Shown here: in pieces, positions 62,976-64,000 of the stretch
Numbering within the stretch: the stretch's first letter is position 1
Layout: each line of letters opens with the position of its first letter
Notes under the pieces: model-generated
The model's database searches: none
Seen by the model: the letters and a program-made list of their open reading frames with translations, nothing else
Told to the model about the DNA's origin: nothing
Translations under genes and position numbers: made by a program
NCBI GenBank assembly: GCA_041581135.1
Contig: JBFGCM010000006.1
Coordinates: 4,482-68,481, forward strand
Direction of reading: 5' to 3'
Length of the DNA: 64,000 nt
From: Acidimicrobiia bacterium
GTDB lineage: Bacteria; Actinomycetota; Acidimicrobiia; Spongiisociales; UBA5794

Positions 62976-63752
62976 TCAAATCACCTTCGCTTGTTCGAGC
63001 AGCTCGACGATTCTGAGGTGACCCTCGCCGTCGTCCTCGATCACCTGACCCGCTTGACGCGACGCCACCGGGGAGACCTCGGTGATCTCCTGTCCGGCAC
63101 CGGAGAGCCCGACTGAGTCCGTGTCGATGCCGAGGTCGGCGCACGAGATCTGGTCCACGGGCTTCGACTTCGCCTGCATGATTCCTTTGAACGTCGGGTA
63201 GCGCGGCTCGACGACGCCAGCCGTGACAGAGATGAGCGCGGGCAGGCTCGCCTCCACGACGTCGTAGCCGGTTTCGGTCTGGCGCTCGATGCGCATCCTG
63301 CCGTCGATGTGCTCCACGTTGCGAGCGAAGGTCAGGGACGGGACGCCCAGCAGCTCGCTCAGCTGCTGGGGCACTACGCCGCTGTAGCCGTCCGTCGACT
63401 CGGTGCCGGCGATGACGAGGTCGAAGCCTTCCCGCTGGATGGCCGCAGCAAGCACCTTGGCGGTGGTCAACGCGTCGGAGCCGCGCAGTGCCTCGTCATC
63501 GATGATGACTGCCTTGGCGGCACCCATGGCGAGTGCTTGGCGGATTCCCTGAAGGCCGCCGGCGGGGCTCATGGAGAACAGCGTCACGCTGCCTTCCGTC
63601 GCCTCGGCGAGCTGAAGTCCCACCTCGACGCCGTAGCGGTCCGTGTCGTCGAGCACCTGCTCGGCGGGGCGGACGACGAGGTGCGTCTCCGGGTCGAGCG
63701 CATATGGCGTGGCAGGGTCGGGTATCTGCTTCACGCAGACGGCAATGTTCAT
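62976..63752 (-). CDS. etfB: Electron transfer flavoprotein beta subunit
   Basis: [12 protein letters not shown]..., [12 protein letters not shown]. Confidence 0.9.
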   Translation of the reverse strand: MNIAVCVKQIPDPATPYALDPETHLVVRPAEQVLDDTDRYGVEVGLQLAEATEGSVTLFSMSPAGGLQGIRQALAMGAAKAVIIDDEALRGSDALTTAKVLAAAIQREGFDLVIAGTESTDGYSGVVPQQLSELLGVPSLTFARNVEHIDGRMRIERQTETGYDVVEASLPALISVTAGVVEPRYPTFKGIMQAKSKPVDQISCADLGIDTDSVGLSGAGQEITEVSPVASRQAGQVIEDDGEGHLRIVELLEQAKVI

Positions 63753-63811
63753 CGGTGCTTGGCTCCTCGTCTTGGCGTGCCGAGCGATTCTGGTCGAAGT
63801 TGATCACCCAC

Positions 63812-64000
63812 TCAAACTTCGGGCGCGGTCGAATGAGGCTGCTTCGTCGGGGCCGGCGCCACGGTCCATGCCGCGAGCCAGGTGGTGAACGGCACCGCGG
63901 CCACGAGGCCGATGCTGCCCACGAGGGTGCGGATGATCTCGGTGGCGATCACCTCGCTGTTCGCCGCCGTGCCGAGGGATTGGTCGGTGAGGATCAGAAG
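63812..64000 (-). CDS. YibE/F-like membrane protein, C-terminal fragment (5' end outside the window)
   Basis: Hand translation of the minus strand gives ...LTDQSLGTAANSEVIATEIIRTLVGSIGLVAAVPFTTWLAAWTVAPAPTKQPHSTAPEV* with stop at 63812-63814. The SIGLVxAVPxTT pattern recalls YibE/F. Confidence 0.35.
   Translation of the reverse strand, partial: LLILTDQSLGTAANSEVIATEIIRTLVGSIGLVAAVPFTTWLAAWTVAPAPTKQPHSTAPEV

Overview
High-GC (about 68-70%) chromosomal segment with actinobacterial gene content and synteny. About 63 protein genes are supported. I recognised no rRNA, tRNA, CRISPR array, transposase or integrase. The right third (47.4-60 kb) is a conserved housekeeping block: rpmB / recG-rsmD-coaD-SepIVA-like-yceD-rpmF-plsX-rnc-mutM-acyP-smc-ftsY-cdd, followed by glgC and etfBA. 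The left and middle parts are dense in DNA-end-processing genes. These include a four-gene NurA-like/HerA-like/SbcD(Mre11)/SbcC(Rad50) operon (11.7-18.1 kb), the AdnA/AdnB helicase-nuclease pair (25.9-32.0 kb) and a stand-alone RecB/Cas4-type nuclease (34.0-34.9 kb). The most interesting signal is non-coding. Two paralogous loci (about 34.91-35.27 kb and 37.95-38.42 kb, + strand) have identical upstream architecture: two TCGCGAAA boxes 20 bp apart, then 26 bp to TTGACG, then 17-18 bp to TACCTT. Each then has a 275-390 nt body packed with GNRA/UUCG-capped hairpins, and both end in the same CCCCGAGAGGGC...CTCGGGGTTTC terminator-like hairpin. They bracket a dienelactone-hydrolase / HisA-like / VOC gene cluster, and I could not assign them to any RNA family. 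Other points worth a second look: a tightly coupled MscS-unknown-MBL-GNAT operon, an NTase/alpha-beta-hydrolase fusion, a frameshifted DUF385 gene, an 18-bp perfect palindrome upstream of a LAL-type LuxR regulator, and a HisA paralog with a catalytic Asp-to-Asn change. All functional calls come from reading the translated ORFs by eye. No database search was run.
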